Under the pieces are notes generated by a model. It was not told the origin of the DNA, ran no database searches, and saw only the letters and a list, made by a program, of their open reading frames with translations. This document shows, piece after piece, positions 51,031 through 64,000 of a stretch of 64,000 nucleotides of DNA; position 1 is the stretch's first letter, and every line of letters starts with the position of its first letter. A program made the translations under genes and the position numbers. Source of the DNA: Lama glama (Eukaryota); NCBI GenBank assembly GCA_028534125.1, contig CM052816.1:97714001-97778000 (forward strand). Direction: 5' to 3'.

Positions 51031-52559
51031 CAACATCCTCCAGCCAGGATGAGCAGGGACACACCTCTAGCTAAACAAGTTATGTTTCTTACTCACTGCA
51101 GTGAGGGAGAGCTCGCCATGTGGGAATCCACGGGGCATCCCAGTAAGGACGTATGAGAAAGAACTTATCGTAGGATTTGATCTTTATGCCTAACATAAAG
51201 TCAATACTGCAGAACTGTGGTTGAATGAACAAAGTGTAAGGGAAGACACTGGCTGGAATATTACGTATCTCTTTTATATCTGACAAATGCAAATTTTAAT
51301 TTCTAGTTTTACACTAATTAATAAATTGCTAATGTTGCTTAGAGTTGTGGTCAAAGTCCACGTATTTGTTGTAGCATTTTTCTAATTTTACATTCCTTAA
51401 GCCTCCTGTGGACATAAACAAACTTCAGAGTTTGATCGATCAGAGTTTATGTGACTCAGAACTAGCTAAGATTAGATCAAGAAACCATTTACTCACTTCA
51501 CTTTCCAGAGTAATAAAATAACCCACACTCAGGCTCTGAAGTATGCCATGTCAAAATTGGGTGATATCTGAATTAATCTGGGTATTGCAATAAAAAATCT
51601 ATTTTGAGCTCATTGTTTATAAATGAAATATAGTTTCTTTGTGCCTAAGGCAAAATCCAAGAAAAACAAGGCTGCTATGTAATCACCACCCAATATAGAT
51701 GTTGTTGAAAGAAAGTAAATCAAATTGATCCAAAATGCAAGGAAAAAGACAATATTCTTCTCTAAATTAGCTTGGCTACTAAAGGAAGCAAGTCTGTTCA
51801 CAAAAAATGGGTAGAGAAAAATTACTGTTCTGTAAATGTCTTCCAGTGTGTGTGCGATTTTTTAAACCTGTTTTAAAATACGACTGTATAATGTAGGATT
51901 TCATAAGATGAACGAGGTAATGAAATGGTGCTCAGAAGCAGACGTCTGCACACTCATCCATTCATTTATTCAACAAATATTTATTGAGCATACAGAACAG
52001 ACTTGGTTCTATACAAGAAGCTGAGAATAAACATCCTGAACTAAAGGAGCTTAGAACCTGCCAGAAGAGGCAAAATAAGAAGGATAAAATGCTTCTCCCC
52101 GACAAAAAATGTGTGCAGAGGGTGGTGAAACTGGTGTGATGGAAACACTGGCCATGAGGACCTAACTTAGCCTGGACGGTAAGGACACTTCTGGAGGTAG
52201 AGACAGCAGCGCTGGGGCTACGGAGGCCGGGGGAGCGCTCCAGGGGGAGCAGAGGGGAAGCCTTCCCATGCAGAAGAAAGGACGTGTGTAAAGCACAGCG
52301 GGGGAGAGCGGACGCCTGGCCAGGGGGCAGGGCTGGTGGAGCGGGCCGCAGTGTGGGGAAGGAATTCTGAGACCAGGGAGCGACGGATCTGGATAAGACA
52401 GAGTTCTCCCACGCCTCGGGTGCTACCACCATTTGCAGCTCTTCATGTCCTCTCTGTATCTGAGTCCTACGTCCCTGCCTGTTCCTTGGGACTTGGCATG
52501 CTGCCCACCAGGGTGGGCAGAGTATCTGCTCCTGCTGCAAGGATGTTGGACTCCACAAT

Positions 52560-52912
52560 GTGACTTTTTAAAGCCACAAGAAGTGACAGCACGCTAGTTC
52601 CAGACCACAGCCTCCAGAGACATCTCAGGTCCCCACACACCCTCTCAGATGCTAGTTATCCTCTACAGGAAGAATGGTCACCAAGTGGCCGTTTCTCCTT
52701 CGCCCCACAGAGAGAGGACGTGAACCCCAACCACAGCCTAAGGGCAAGCCATGCTCACTTGCAGCCTGGGGTGCCCAGCCAAGCCCAGAGTGAAACCACC
52801 GGTCCGCGGCTGACCTGCAGGCACATGAGCCTAAGAACAAATGGCCGTCCTTGCAGGCTACTGTGTTCTGTGGCATTTTGTTAAGAAGCATTATTGTGGC
52901 AATAGCAAACCG
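52560..52912 (+). mobile_element. MLT1 (MaLR) LTR fragment
   Basis: cccagccaagcccag...tgacctgcaggcacatgagc..agaacaaatgg...gcattattgtggcaatagcaaac. Confidence 0.75.
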
Positions 52913-52914
52913 TT

Positions 52915-53070
52915 TTATTATTATTATTATATATACTATTGTATGTTTATCAATATTATTATATAATATATAATATTCTTATATAATTATATTTATTTTA
53001 TATATTTAAGCATGTGTATATAAATACATATTTATATTATAACATTTATTATATATTTATTACACATTAA
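52915..53070. repeat. AT-rich low-complexity tract
   Basis: Degenerate (TA/TTA)n. Confidence 0.9.
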
Positions 53071-55439
53071 CTATTCTAAGAAGATTTCACCCTGAAGGAG
53101 ATGGAGAGCCCCTCTGAATGATTATAGTCGGGAGAGGGACCAGACGGAATTCACACTTTGGAAATCTCTCCTCTGGGTTTTGCAGGATGCTTGGACTAGA
53201 AGAGAGAAAAGAATTGGAGAGAGGGGGGCAGTGAGGAGGCTACTGGGATGAGAACTAAGGCAATGGAACCAGAGGTGATAGGAGAGGACAGATGGGAGGG
53301 CTACTGAGAGGGTGGTATCTAGTCCTTTGCTGGGGGTGAGTGGGAGGTAAAAGTGTCAGATGACTCCTGCTTTCTGGACCCACTGCATCCCCTGAACAAG
53401 GGAATCTGGAGAAGGAGAGTTTTCAAGGGAAGCAAAATTAATTCCGCTGGACATCTCGAGTCTGAGATGCTTGTGGTCTATCCAAAGGGAAAGACCACTC
53501 CTCTGCCTGAAGCACAGCGGAGAGTTCTGCATCAGAGCTGCAGTTGCGGGGGTTTACTGGCACTCGGGTAGTATTCACATTGGGCAAAGGGACCAGGGGG
53601 ACACAGTAGCAGAAGAATGGAAACCAGGGGGCTCGTGCATGAAAAATGAAAACAAAAAGACAAAGAAGGAAAGAGATACAAAGAGATAAATTGAGCTAAA
53701 TGCTGCTTCAAAGCTCCCACTGATCACTGGCTAGGTGGTAGAAAGAATGTCTCATAAAAAACCTGGAGCTCTGTCCTGTGCAGCTCCTTCCTGCAAGAGG
53801 AACAGGATGTAAGAACAGGAGGGAGAAAGCAAAGGTGACGTGTCTGCACCTGGGATCTGTGGGTTTGGGGCTGAGAGTGGGATCTCAGGATGGAGCCAGG
53901 ACTAGAACTACCGACGCTGAGTCCTTTGCATTGAAGCGATGGTCAAAGCCATAGAAAGCAATGAGGGGACCCAGGGAGAGACAGAGGGAGGAGAGAGGAG
54001 AACCACAGATGCCATTAAAATTGAAGACACGGAACTGAGCTTCCAATGGAAGTGGAGGATTAACAGTAAGAGCTGAGAAATTACCCAAAACTGCACTTCC
54101 ATGGGAATCAGAGGAGGCGTGAACTTCCGAAAGGAACATCTGGTGAGTTGTGACAAATGCCACAGTCATCCCTAGCAGAATGTAAAATGTTATTACATGC
54201 AGCAATCAGGTTGAAGAGTTCCAGCAGCATTAAGGGCCGGGGGTGGGGATGGGGAGTCAGACTTTAATGTAAGACATGAATGGCAATGGGGACCTGCAGG
54301 CAGAGCATGATTTCATTCTTTTGAGAACTCTGATGAGAAAGGAGGTGGGTAAGGCAAGCTAGAGACCCTGTAACAGAGTAGATGTTAGCATCTTTGTTTT
54401 GGGGAGGAAGCCTGTAGGAAAGGCCACAGAAAGGACCTGCAAGAGTCAGAGGAAGGATGATTGCTGACATGGGGGGTGGGGGGGTAGGGCAGGGAAAGGT
54501 GGCAGATTGGAACGGAGCATCTGGTAAACATCTCAGGGCAAAGACTAAACCTCCTCTTCAAAACAGCGAGAAGGAAGGAAGGACCCAGGTAAACTATGAG
54601 CAGGAGAAGGACTTCCAAGCAAGCGTAAAGATGCTATTTGACTTTTTTGAGGGATGTGTAGCAAAAAGATCCATTTAGGGATTAGAGCAAAGGGAAAGTA
54701 CCTAAAAATGAGTAAAAGAGAGTCTTACAGTACTGGGTCTCAGCTAAGGCACAATAGTTTATTTCTAATGTTAGCAGAACCAATTAGCCAATTAGCAAGA
54801 TTACTCTTGTTTTCTTGTGTTTTAGTTTTTCGTTTCCTTGTTTGTTTTTGCTCAGTATGAACAGAAAGCAAAAGGATGGCTGGCTGAACTCACACAGGGA
54901 AAATGAGGAAGGCAGGAACAAGGTCCGTTCTTTGCCTGTGACAGCCATGGGTGGCAGATGTTTAGGAGATGGACTGAAAAGGAGACAGTCAAAGCCAGAA
55001 AAAGGCTGGCTATTACCGCTGCTGACTCCCATCCACGAATCACTTGCTAGACTCAGTGTCGTGCTCCTCCCTCACCTCACGTCACCTTCAAACTAACCTT
55101 TGGAGAGAGGCGGGGGAGGGAAAGGGAAAAGTGTGACCCGAGGTCAGAATGAGGGAAAATACCAAGTTTGGAATGAGTGAAAACACAAAGCATCTGAATG
55201 AGAGATTCTGTTGGGGAAAGGTAGCCCCAGGAGCTATGGTCTTAGACACGAAATTTTGAGTGGCAGCCAAGCCATGTGTGTGTGTCAGTGAATACACTGG
55301 AGGAAAGGGCCATCTGAGTTGGGAAGATGATGAGCAGTTAAGTTCTACTGGAGGCCAAAGGTCAGGAGATAATACGAAGGGGCATGTCACTTGTGGGAGG
55401 TCCGGATAAAGGCTACAGAAACATCTAAATATTCACAGA

Positions 55440-55878
55440 ATTCAGGCTACAAATTGGGTGTGGTGTTCTTCAAAATGCATAACTTCAATCTAATCGCAAG
55501 AAGAGATCAGACAACCCCAAATGGAGGGACATTCTACAGAACACCTGACCACTGCTCTTCAAACATGGCAAGAGCATAAAGACCAGGAAAGACTGAGGCC
55601 TGTCACAGACTGAATAGACAGGGAGTTGTAACAACTATATGCAGTGTGGATTCTGGGTTCAGTACTGAACAGAAAGGGATATTAGCAGAAAAATGGTGAA
55701 ATTCATCTTGAATGTAACTTAGCTAACAGTAATGCACCAGCGTTAGTTTCTCAGTTTTGAAACTGTACTGTGGTTATACAAGGTAGCATGCTGGGTGAGT
55801 GGTACACAGGGACTCTGTACTATCTTTGCAACTTTTCTGTAAGCTTAAAATTATCTTTAAACTAAAAAAAAATTTAAA
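55440..55878 (+). mobile_element. L1MC/MD 3'UTR
   Basis: caaatggagggacattctacagaacacctgacca...ctctgtactatctttgcaacttttctgtaagcttaaaatta. Confidence 0.85.
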
Positions 55879-56231
55879 GATGAATGTGAAAGTGAGCTGT
55901 CTAACTGTCCCAGAAAAGGGCAGACACCTCTGAGCCTTCCAGACTTAAACCATCTCACTTGGGTCCATGATGAAGCCTCTTACACAAATTCCACTCTCAA
56001 GCAAACAACATGGCAGCTAGGAGCCTCTGTGGAGATGCTTGAAGCACTGCCGTTAGTGGGACTCTATGTACCAAATAATGGTTCCATTTCAAAATCAAGT
56101 TAGAAAATTCTCCATTTCTATGGTAACATGGTAGCCATAGTCAGGATACCTCCTCGTCCTCCCAACTTCAGCAGGGCTTCCATGTTTCACAAATGCATGA
56201 AATGCTGAGTATGTGGAAGGACAGTGGCATT

Positions 56232-56708
56232 AAGTATTAGAAAAATTAATGCCCCCCACAGACGTCCACATCCTAATCCCAGACCCTGTGAATATGTTAG
56301 GTTACAGGCAAATGGAATTAAGGTTGCTAATCAGTTGACTTTGAGATGGATAGATTATGCTGGATTATCCAGGTGGGCCCAGTGTAATCACAAGAGTCAA
56401 AAATGAAGGAGGAACTACTCAGAAGGGAGAACCACAGAAATGGCAAGATGAGTAGGATTCAGTCCAAAGTTGTTAACTTTGCAGATGGAGGAAGGGGCCA
56501 CCCCCGCTTAGAACACAAGCAGATTCTAGAGGCTGGAAAAGTCAAGAACTCTTCAGATAGGACGGAAGCTCTGCCAATACCTGGATTTTAGCCCAGTAAG
56601 ACCCACATCAGTCTTCTGACCTACAGAACTGTAAGATTAAAAATGTGTCTTGTTTTAAGACCCTTCATTTGTGGTCATTTGTTAGAGCGGCCATAGGAAA
56701 CCAGTACA
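56232..56708 (+). mobile_element. MLT1C/D-like MaLR LTR
   Basis: gtccacatcctaatccc..accctgtgaatatgtta; ctggattatccaggtgggcccagtgtaatcacaagagtc; ends ataggaaaccagtaca. Confidence 0.9.
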
Positions 56709-57461
56709 AAATACAATTAGTCTCCAGAATTGTCTAACGTGGTGGATTCTAGAAAAACAGAGACCAAGACTGGCAACAGCACCAAAAACCATATGTCGGT
56801 GTCTGGGAAAATTCCCTTTACTTACAGCAAATATGGAAATGGATTTTGAAGCAGACTCTCAGAGCACACACCCATGCTCCATTCTCTGTACCAGAACAAG
56901 ATAGATCGTTCCAAGGAGACCACTGACTGCCCTGTTCAGAAATGCTGGTGTTTACACCAACCAGAAATGGGCAGCCACCTCCCAACCCTAGTGCATCTGG
57001 GCGACTCTCCCCAGAAGCATGTTCTCGTGCTTCTGCCAATCCTCACACCTTGTAGGAGAACCTTCCTCCTTCGCTCACCTGTGGTAACACAAGTCCGTTG
57101 AAACCTGAAGGACCTCAGTGAGAAGCAACTCGATGTGAATGCTATATTTGAAATGTGAATGTTTCATTGGCTTTTTTGTTTTATGTTTTTAAGGGACTAG
57201 TAACGGCTAGTAGGCGGCCTCTGTACTCAGCCTCACAAGAGAGTCACAGATACACCCAGGTGACCCAGGAGGAAAGGCACCATCGCTCCATCTCCCGGGA
57301 GCCCAGAGCTGAGGCAATCATGTGCTCGCACCGTCCGCGTGGGGGCCCTGCGCCTGCTGAATCCCTGGCACGGGAGCCACCAGCAGGAAGCTCGCTTCCC
57401 TCCCTGCTCACCTATAAGCCACGTCTTGCGAGCTTTAACTCTTCGTTCCTGCTATCCCAGA

Positions 57462-57612
57462 TTTTTTTTTTAGTTATTTTAAATTTTTTTGAAGTATAGT
57501 TGATTTACAATGTTTCAAGTGTACAGAAAAGTGGCTTACTTCTTTTAGATTTTTTTCCCTTATAGGTGATTACAAGATGTTGAATATAGTTCCCTGTGCT
57601 GTATAGTAGGCT
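57462..57612 (-). mobile_element. Short cetartiodactyl L1 3' end
   Basis: T-tail; ttgaagtatagttgatttacaatgt; ttgaatatagttccctgtgctgtatagtagg. Confidence 0.85.
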
Positions 57613-57899
57613 CTTAATTGTAAGAAGAGACCTGCCACCAGCCAGCTTAAGTAGGGAAGGAATTCATTAGAGGACAGCAGGGGTCCAGCTCGCTAGTGAG
57701 GCAGGGGGCTTGGCAGCCAGGGACAATGCCTGAGGCCACGCTGAGAGTCAGCCCCTATGGAGATCCTAGTGCGCCCCACTGGGCACGGAGTCCAGGACCC
57801 TCCACCACTGTTCCCCCCCAAACAAGAGAGCTGGGCTGCTCCCCTCACCAGAAAGCAGACTTCAGAAAAGGAAGGAGGAGGAGGAGGAGAAAGAGATGA

Positions 57900-60835
57900 A
57901 GATGGTTGAAGGTAATTTAATATATGCATAGCAACCATATATTTAATCAAGTAAATCCCCCTACCTAATAAAGGACACACACTCTCAAATTGGGTTAATA
58001 ATATCAATCTATGCGCTGCTTACAAAAGGCAGACAAAGAATAAAATAAGGCAGACAAGTTAAAAATAAAAAGATGAATGAAGATCCATCAGGAAAACACA
58101 TATAAAAAGAAATCAGAGCACAATCAACACCAGACCAGAATCCAAGGCAAAATGAATTAAATGTGACAAAGAGGAGTCTTCACTTCAGTTTAAGGGATAA
58201 TCCAAAATCAAAGGGAAAAAGTCGTGAAGTCTTTGAGACAAATAGCTTATCCTCAAAATCTGCACAGAAGAGGAGATTAAAAAAAAAAAGAACATTTGAT
58301 TTAAAAAAAAAAAAGGAAATGAAAGGAAATAGAGCAGGACACGGGACTCAGTGTAAAACAGATCTAGTATACCTAAACCAAGGATGCAGGGAATGTAAAT
58401 AATATAACTGCAGATTCATTGATGCACTCGATTCTGTTGATTCTACAGAGAGAAGAGAAGCTGCTTACATGTATCAACAGAATTATTAACCAAAAGTGAT
58501 CTTAAGATTGGAAAAAAACACACATTAATAAAATTTAAATAAAATACTTCCTTCCAGAGATTTTAAAACATTCTCAGAAATAACTCTTGGTTAAAGAACA
58601 AGCAAAAGTGAATTTTCTAAAAAGTCTACCATTTTAATTTGGGGCTGTAATATATCAAAATCTCAGAGTATGTACTCAAAATTGTATTTAAAAGAAAATT
58701 TTATTTCTTTAAATGTGTTCACTATTAAAAGAAGAAGAAGAAAATTACGTGAATTAAGCATTTACTCAAAAAACAGTTATAAACTTAAAAATCTGGGGAA
58801 GTGCATTTCCAGGGAAGCAGGAGGAAAGAAATAGTAAATTCAAATCAGACGTTAATGAAAAGAAATCAGTAGACTTGCTAAACTATTCCAGGAGTTGATT
58901 TTTAAAACAGCTAGAGACAGTATAGAAATAGCATTTTAAAAACAACTTTGAATGTTGTATTATACAAGTGTATGCTGCTTAAATTTAAAATGTCAGAAAA
59001 AATTATGATTTTCCAAAAAGAATTAAATCATCAAAATCAACTTGAAAAAAGATATAAAATATTTGTCATAAAAAATTATCTCCAAAAAAGGGCACAAACC
59101 CAAAACCCAGATCCTGGTTTCTAATATCATTCTCCAATAAAAGAAATCAGGGCTCCTAAGAGAAATGGCTAATTCTAGGGCAAGGTGAGGCTGGAGCACC
59201 TTATAATGTCTTATAATGCCAGAAAGTAAGGGAATGATCAGGAAAAGAAAAAAAAATTAAAAAGACAACCCCAAAATCAAGGCATACAGGAGCCAATTGA
59301 AATCACTCCCAATGTCTAAAAACTGGAATAATTTGAGCAATAAAATAAATAAAGTCACATTGGATCATAACCCAAGTACAAGATCAGTGTCCTTGAGTCC
59401 ATACTGATACAAATAAATAAATGAATAATAAATAAATGGAGGTGAAGAGATAAACCTTCCATGCAGAATTCTAAATGAATTATGTGGTTCCTCTGCCCTC
59501 ACGGAGATGAACTACAGCTCCCCACCCCTTAGGTGCGGGCAGCACAAAGTGGCCTCCTTCCAAAGACTGAAGACTGGAAGGATGGGGCTAGCTTCACAGA
59601 GGAGAAACCTGACGAACAGGACCTCAGCCAGGAGAGCAAGGTCACAATCCTCAGTGGTAAGTCCTGTTGGTCATGCACGCCCTCGATACGATATGATGAA
59701 AAAGCACTTTACCTCTGTGGTCCTCCTCCCCAAAAGCCATAGCCCATCTCTGGCCGTGAGAAAAACTTCAGGCAAATCCCAGCGGAGGGACATTCAACAA
59801 AACACATGACCAGGACCCCTCAAAACTGCCAAGGTCATCAAGAACAAGGAAAACCTGAATAGCCACCACAGCCAGGGGCATCTAAGGAGCACAAGGAACC
59901 ACGTGGTGTCCAGGATGGGACCTTGGCTTAGACAAAGGCATTGGGTAAAAACTGAGGACATCAGAATAAGAATGGGGTTTAGTTAACAGTAAGGCATAGA
60001 GACTGGTCCACAAACTGTACAAAGTTCCCATTCTAAGCAAGACAGTAACAATACGGGAAGTGGGTGTGGGCGTGGGAACACTCAGTGTTATCTGTGACGT
60101 TTCTTGCAAATCTAAAACTCTTCTAAAATTAAAAGTCGACTTTTAAAAAGGTCACTAATAAATTTTCTGGTAATTTGTCATAGTTTCAAGAAATGATCAT
60201 GGCAGTGTTATAGAACATGGAAAATATAAAGCGTTTTTTAAATTCACTTTAGCTAAAATAATCAGATGCCAAATTTGACAGAGGTTGCATACATATACAT
60301 ATAAAATCCTAAAATATTGGCAAATTGAGTTAAAGTGTATCAAAACAACATTCCAATGAAATATAGAGTTTACTGCAATATCCATCTGTCATAGCAAAAG
60401 AGCAAAAAGAAGACAAATATTTCAATAGCTGCTTTAAAAGGCTTTTGATGTAATTGAATGTTTATTACTGGTTAAAATTCTTAGCAAAACAGAAATTTAA
60501 AAAATAACAGTTGGTTAACATGATAAAGAATGATTATCTTATATCAACAGGCAAAATCGTACCTAAGACTCCCACTGAAGCCAGGTATTAGACCATTACG
60601 CCTGACAAGATCACTAGTGTTTATCGTGTTTCTGGGAGTCGGGCATGAGATATTATAAGGTGAGAATTAGAAAGAAGACACCCCACCAGGAAAGGGGCAA
60701 AGGTGTCCTTTTTAAAAGACATCACTGTACTTCTTGGAAAAAATATCAAAGAACCTCTTTTTAAGGCATCAGAATTAATCAGGGAACGCAGTAAGTTTGA
60801 TTAATTTATTGACACTTCACAAGTCAAACAAAGCC
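57900..60835 (+). mobile_element. Ancient degraded L1 ORF2 (EN to RT region), interrupted at about 59110-60148
   Basis: A-rich with EN-start remnants near 57940-58030. RT-region remnants after 60150 (atttcaatagctgctttaaaaggcttttgat). Confidence 0.65.
59110..60148 (+). mobile_element. L1MD/MC 3'UTR nested in the older L1
   Basis: ctggtttctaatatcattctccaataaaagaaatcagggctcct; gcactttacctctgtggtcctcctccccaaaa; tctaaaactcttctaaaattaaaagt. Confidence 0.85.
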
Positions 60836-60842
60836 AAAGAAA

Positions 60843-61062
60843 AGACACACACATGCATACATGTGCACACACCACACACTCATCCACACACACACGTCCA
60901 GACATGTGCATGAACACACTCTGGCTCACTGACACATGTGCAGCATACACATGATTACATACATGCGTACATATGCTCACACAGTGCACACCACACACAT
61001 ACTTACACACTCACACACCGTCTCACAGGTGCTCACACAAATTCGCACACACACACACACAC
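60843..61062. repeat. Degenerate (CA)n-rich simple repeat
   Basis: About 220 bp of interrupted CA/CAT units. Confidence 0.9.
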
Positions 61063-61194
61063 GGTGGGGTGCTGATGCCACAGAGTTCCAGCTACTGGCA
61101 GTGTTTTGGGACGACAGCCCACTCATCCATTGCTGACCTCCAGCCCAGGGCTCTCCTGCAGACCACAGGAGCATAAGGGATAAGGAACCCACTG

Positions 61195-61345
61195 ACCTCT
61201 TATCCATTTGGTACATTCAGTGTGCAGGTCCCTGGGACTGGTACTGAGAACACAAAGTGAGAACACAAAGTGACACCATGAGGTGATCCCTGCCCTCACA
61301 CTGTTCACCTTCCAGTGGAGGAGACAGAATCACTGAACCGTGGTG
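61195..61345 (-). mobile_element. L2 3' fragment
   Basis: tccctgccctcacactgttcaccttccagtggaggagacaga. Confidence 0.6.
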
Positions 61346-61359
61346 TGAAGACACAACAC

Positions 61360-61678
61360 CCAGGAAACTGTTTTCTTGACAAAAGAGAAAAACTCAACTG
61401 CTAAAGGCCTTTTGCCTTTCAACTTTGCCCTTCTTCCCACCTGGAATAAGGCTGTAGTATCATCTGAGGCCAGAAAGACACTACATACTAAGGGTGGAGG
61501 AGCAGAAAGACAGAAGAAGGTGAGGATATTGATACTATGTGCCTGGCACAGGTCATAGGCCGTCTCCATCCAGGCTCCTCATTACATGAAGGATAAAACC
61601 AAAACAAAACCCTGTGTGGTGTGGCTGTTGTACTCAGCTGTCTGCCTCATGCAGCAAAAGCAACCTCTGACAGATACA
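61360..61678 (+). mobile_element. MLT1J/K-like MaLR LTR fragment
   Basis: cccttcttcccacctggaat...taagggtggaggagcagaaagacagaagaa...tgcagcaaaagcaacctctgacagataca. Confidence 0.7.
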
Positions 61679-62885
61679 TTGTAGGCTAACATGATCAGAT
61701 GGAAGGCATCCTTTGATTCCACCTGTGGTCCTGCTAACAGGCAGGCAGAAAACAAAACTGCAAATCCAGCATAAGTGTTCATTCAGTAAAGACAGAATTG
61801 CTCTCATCAAGATGGAAAGGATTCAGTGAAATCCACCTGCTACCAAACAAACAAGGGTTTCCTGGAGACACAATACCAGCTTAGTGGGGGATAATGTAGA
61901 GAAGGTAATAATATCAAAGAAAATCCTAGAGAAACAGACAGAGAAGCTCCAACAGGTTGAGAAGATCTCTAGCAGCGGGAACCATGCTTGACGCCTATCA
62001 AGGTGTCAACACTGCCAGTGGATTAATTGCACCCTGGCATCGCTGTGCTCAAGAGCAGAATTCCACACAAAGCTTAGATCACATGCATATTCTCAGCTGC
62101 ACTATCCATTGCAGATGTCTCTAGCATATTCTCATACCCAGGTCCCAAGAAATTGCTTTCTGTAGAACTCATTAGAGCCACTCTATATTCCAGCTAGAAG
62201 AAGGAGACGTGCCCTGTGTCAATATCACACCCTGACTCAGCCCCCAGGGCCTCCAATTCCCTGAGCTTTTACATTCAAAATTACAAATTCCCTCTTGAGA
62301 GAATCTCAATAGCACTACTGCCTGGCTCTAATAAATCAGCACTGGCTGTGAGCCAGGATCATATATCACAGACTGAGGGAGAGCATTGTGGCTGGACAGT
62401 GAGGTGTGGGAGTGATGGACACAGAGCTGGCACTGTTGGGGATTGAGGAACAAACACACAGAAAGTTACAAAGGTTAACCTTGGACACCTTCTCAAAACT
62501 AACCACTGGTATTTCTGCAGAATATTTCCCATGACTTCCCTAAGGTCCTTGAATCATAGTCTTAACAACTTTTCCATGTTCTTATGTTTCCTAAACACCC
62601 TGTTGAGAAATCATCCTGATCAATTTGGAAGAGGGCAGAATAAATAACAGTAGAGAAAAGACCCTGCTCACAAAACCCTGGGGACAGACAAGTAAACAGG
62701 CAACTTTTCTGTGATGAGGATTCCAAAGCCCTCAGCCAGGATGCCAGGGGAGCACAGAGAATCACAACTAACCACATCTCAGACATGAGGCTTCCCAAAA
62801 GAAGTAACAGCTAACCTGTGCTTCAGGGAGAACAAGGAGAGTCACCCAGCAGAAGAATGCATGAGTTGTATATTGGTGATGGAGG

Positions 62886-63260
62886 TGTATTAGTTATCTA
62901 TTGCTGTATAACAAATTACACCAAAACATAGCAACTTAAAGTCACAAACATTCATCATCTTTCAGTTTTTAGGGTCAGGACTCCAGTTGTATCTTAGCTG
63001 AGTCCCATTGATCAGGGTCTCTCACAGGTTGCAGTCATCTCAAGGCTCAACCGGAGAAAGATTTCCCCACTCACTTGATTGCTGGCAGGATTCTTTCCTT
63101 GTGGATTGTTGGTCAGAGGCTGTACTCAGGTCCTTGCCAACTGGGCTATTCCAATGGGAAGCTCAAAACATCGCAGCTGTTTTCCTCAAAGCAAGAGATA
63201 AGAAGAGTCAGAAAGAGCAAGATGGAAGTCATAGTCTCTTGAGAATCCAATTTTCTCACA
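62886..63260 (-). mobile_element. MLT1E/F-like MaLR LTR
   Basis: tgtattagttatctattgctgtataacaaattacaccaaaacatagcaacttaaa is the reverse of an MLT1 3' end. Confidence 0.85.
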
Positions 63261-63811
63261 AGAAGTCAGTCCAGAGAAAATGGGAATGGATTGTGCTGCT
63301 AGTCCTCAGGTTGAAAAAGCAGGAAAAATGACCAAGATAGACTGAATCTAGTGGTAAGAACTGCAATTATGAAGAAAATAGTAAGAACATTTATGTAACT
63401 ATAATTTGTCTCTAAGTGATGTAATTGAATTAGAAGACTGTTAGCAAGGTGCAAGAGGCATTTCCCAACTTTGAAGATTCCTTGTCATGTGTCTTAAATG
63501 TTGTTAATAGGTATCATGAATTTAACATATTGAGAAGAAGAGTTGAGCTCAATTCTTATCAAACTGATAGAAAAAGTGCAGGTCCATTTTCCACAATTCA
63601 AATCCAGAGTGAAATCAGAAATTAGTATGTAAATGATGTTTGTTACTACAAGGGTAAAAGACTGTGCAACATGTGTTCTTGAAAAGTACACATTCCCAAA
63701 TGAATGCTTTGTTCATCTTATAAAGCTGAATTCATAAATACTTAGCATTGGATGTTTTATGTCAAATATAATCCACTACAGTTTAATTAGATTAGTTTAA
63801 TGACTGCTATA

Positions 63812-64000
63812 CCAAAACACAGTAACTGCAAACAAAAAGTCTATAATAGATATACATACAAAAAAGAAAAAGGGATCCAAACATAACATTATAGTCACCA
63901 AATCACAAGAGAACAAAAGAAGAAAAGGAGGAAAAAGACCTGCAAAAACAAACACAAAACAACAAAATGGCAATACGAACATACATATCAATAATTACCT
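63812..64000 (+). mobile_element. Cetartiodactyl-type L1, inter-ORF spacer and ORF2 start (continues past the window)
   Basis: ATG at 63967 reads MAIRTYISIIT, the N-terminus of the L1 ORF2p endonuclease, preceded by a long A-rich spacer. Confidence 0.88.

Larger units (their letters stand above)
51955..54720 (-). mobile_element. Long fragmented L2, interrupted by an MLT1 and an AT-rich tract
   Basis: Canonical L2 tail cattcatttattcaacaaatatttattgagca. L2 blocks resume after about 53080 (ggagagcccctctgaatg; gtgtcagatgactcctgctttctgg; agccatagaaagcaatgagggg). Confidence 0.75.

Noticed and set aside
8268..61273. Short two-copy tandem duplications (about 8270, 22097, 59200, 61245)
   Set aside because: Ordinary slippage duplications with no repeat-spacer structure, so not CRISPR-like or satellite.
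16280..62240. About a dozen AP-1 TGA(C/G)TCA sites
   Set aside because: Close to the roughly 8 expected by chance for this 7-mer pair in 64 kb.

Overview
This is a mammalian genomic window, very probably from a camelid (camel, alpaca or llama): it carries two tRNA-derived Vic-1-type SINEs and camelid/cetartiodactyl-type L1 3' ends. I recognise no protein-coding gene, RNA gene or CRISPR array. The short ORFs in the track are what TE-rich non-coding DNA produces by chance, or they run through the 499-N gap at 10583-11081. The window looks intergenic or intronic and is dominated by transposon fossils: L1/HAL1, L2, MIR, MaLR/ERVL LTRs, three ERV1-type solo LTRs and hAT MITEs, several nested or with readable target-site duplications (TSDs). 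A TE-poor block at about 38-46.5 kb contains a CpG island (about 45.2-45.8 kb) and is the best regulatory candidate. The most notable oddities are an L1 5'UTR joined directly to an L1 3' end, a young solo LTR with duplicated GATA-containing repeats, a diverged ~100-bp direct repeat with no TE explanation, and a CTCF-plus-E-box cluster. I found no evidence for a new multi-gene system. TE subfamily names come from recalled consensus similarity, not a database search, and boundaries without TSDs are approximate.
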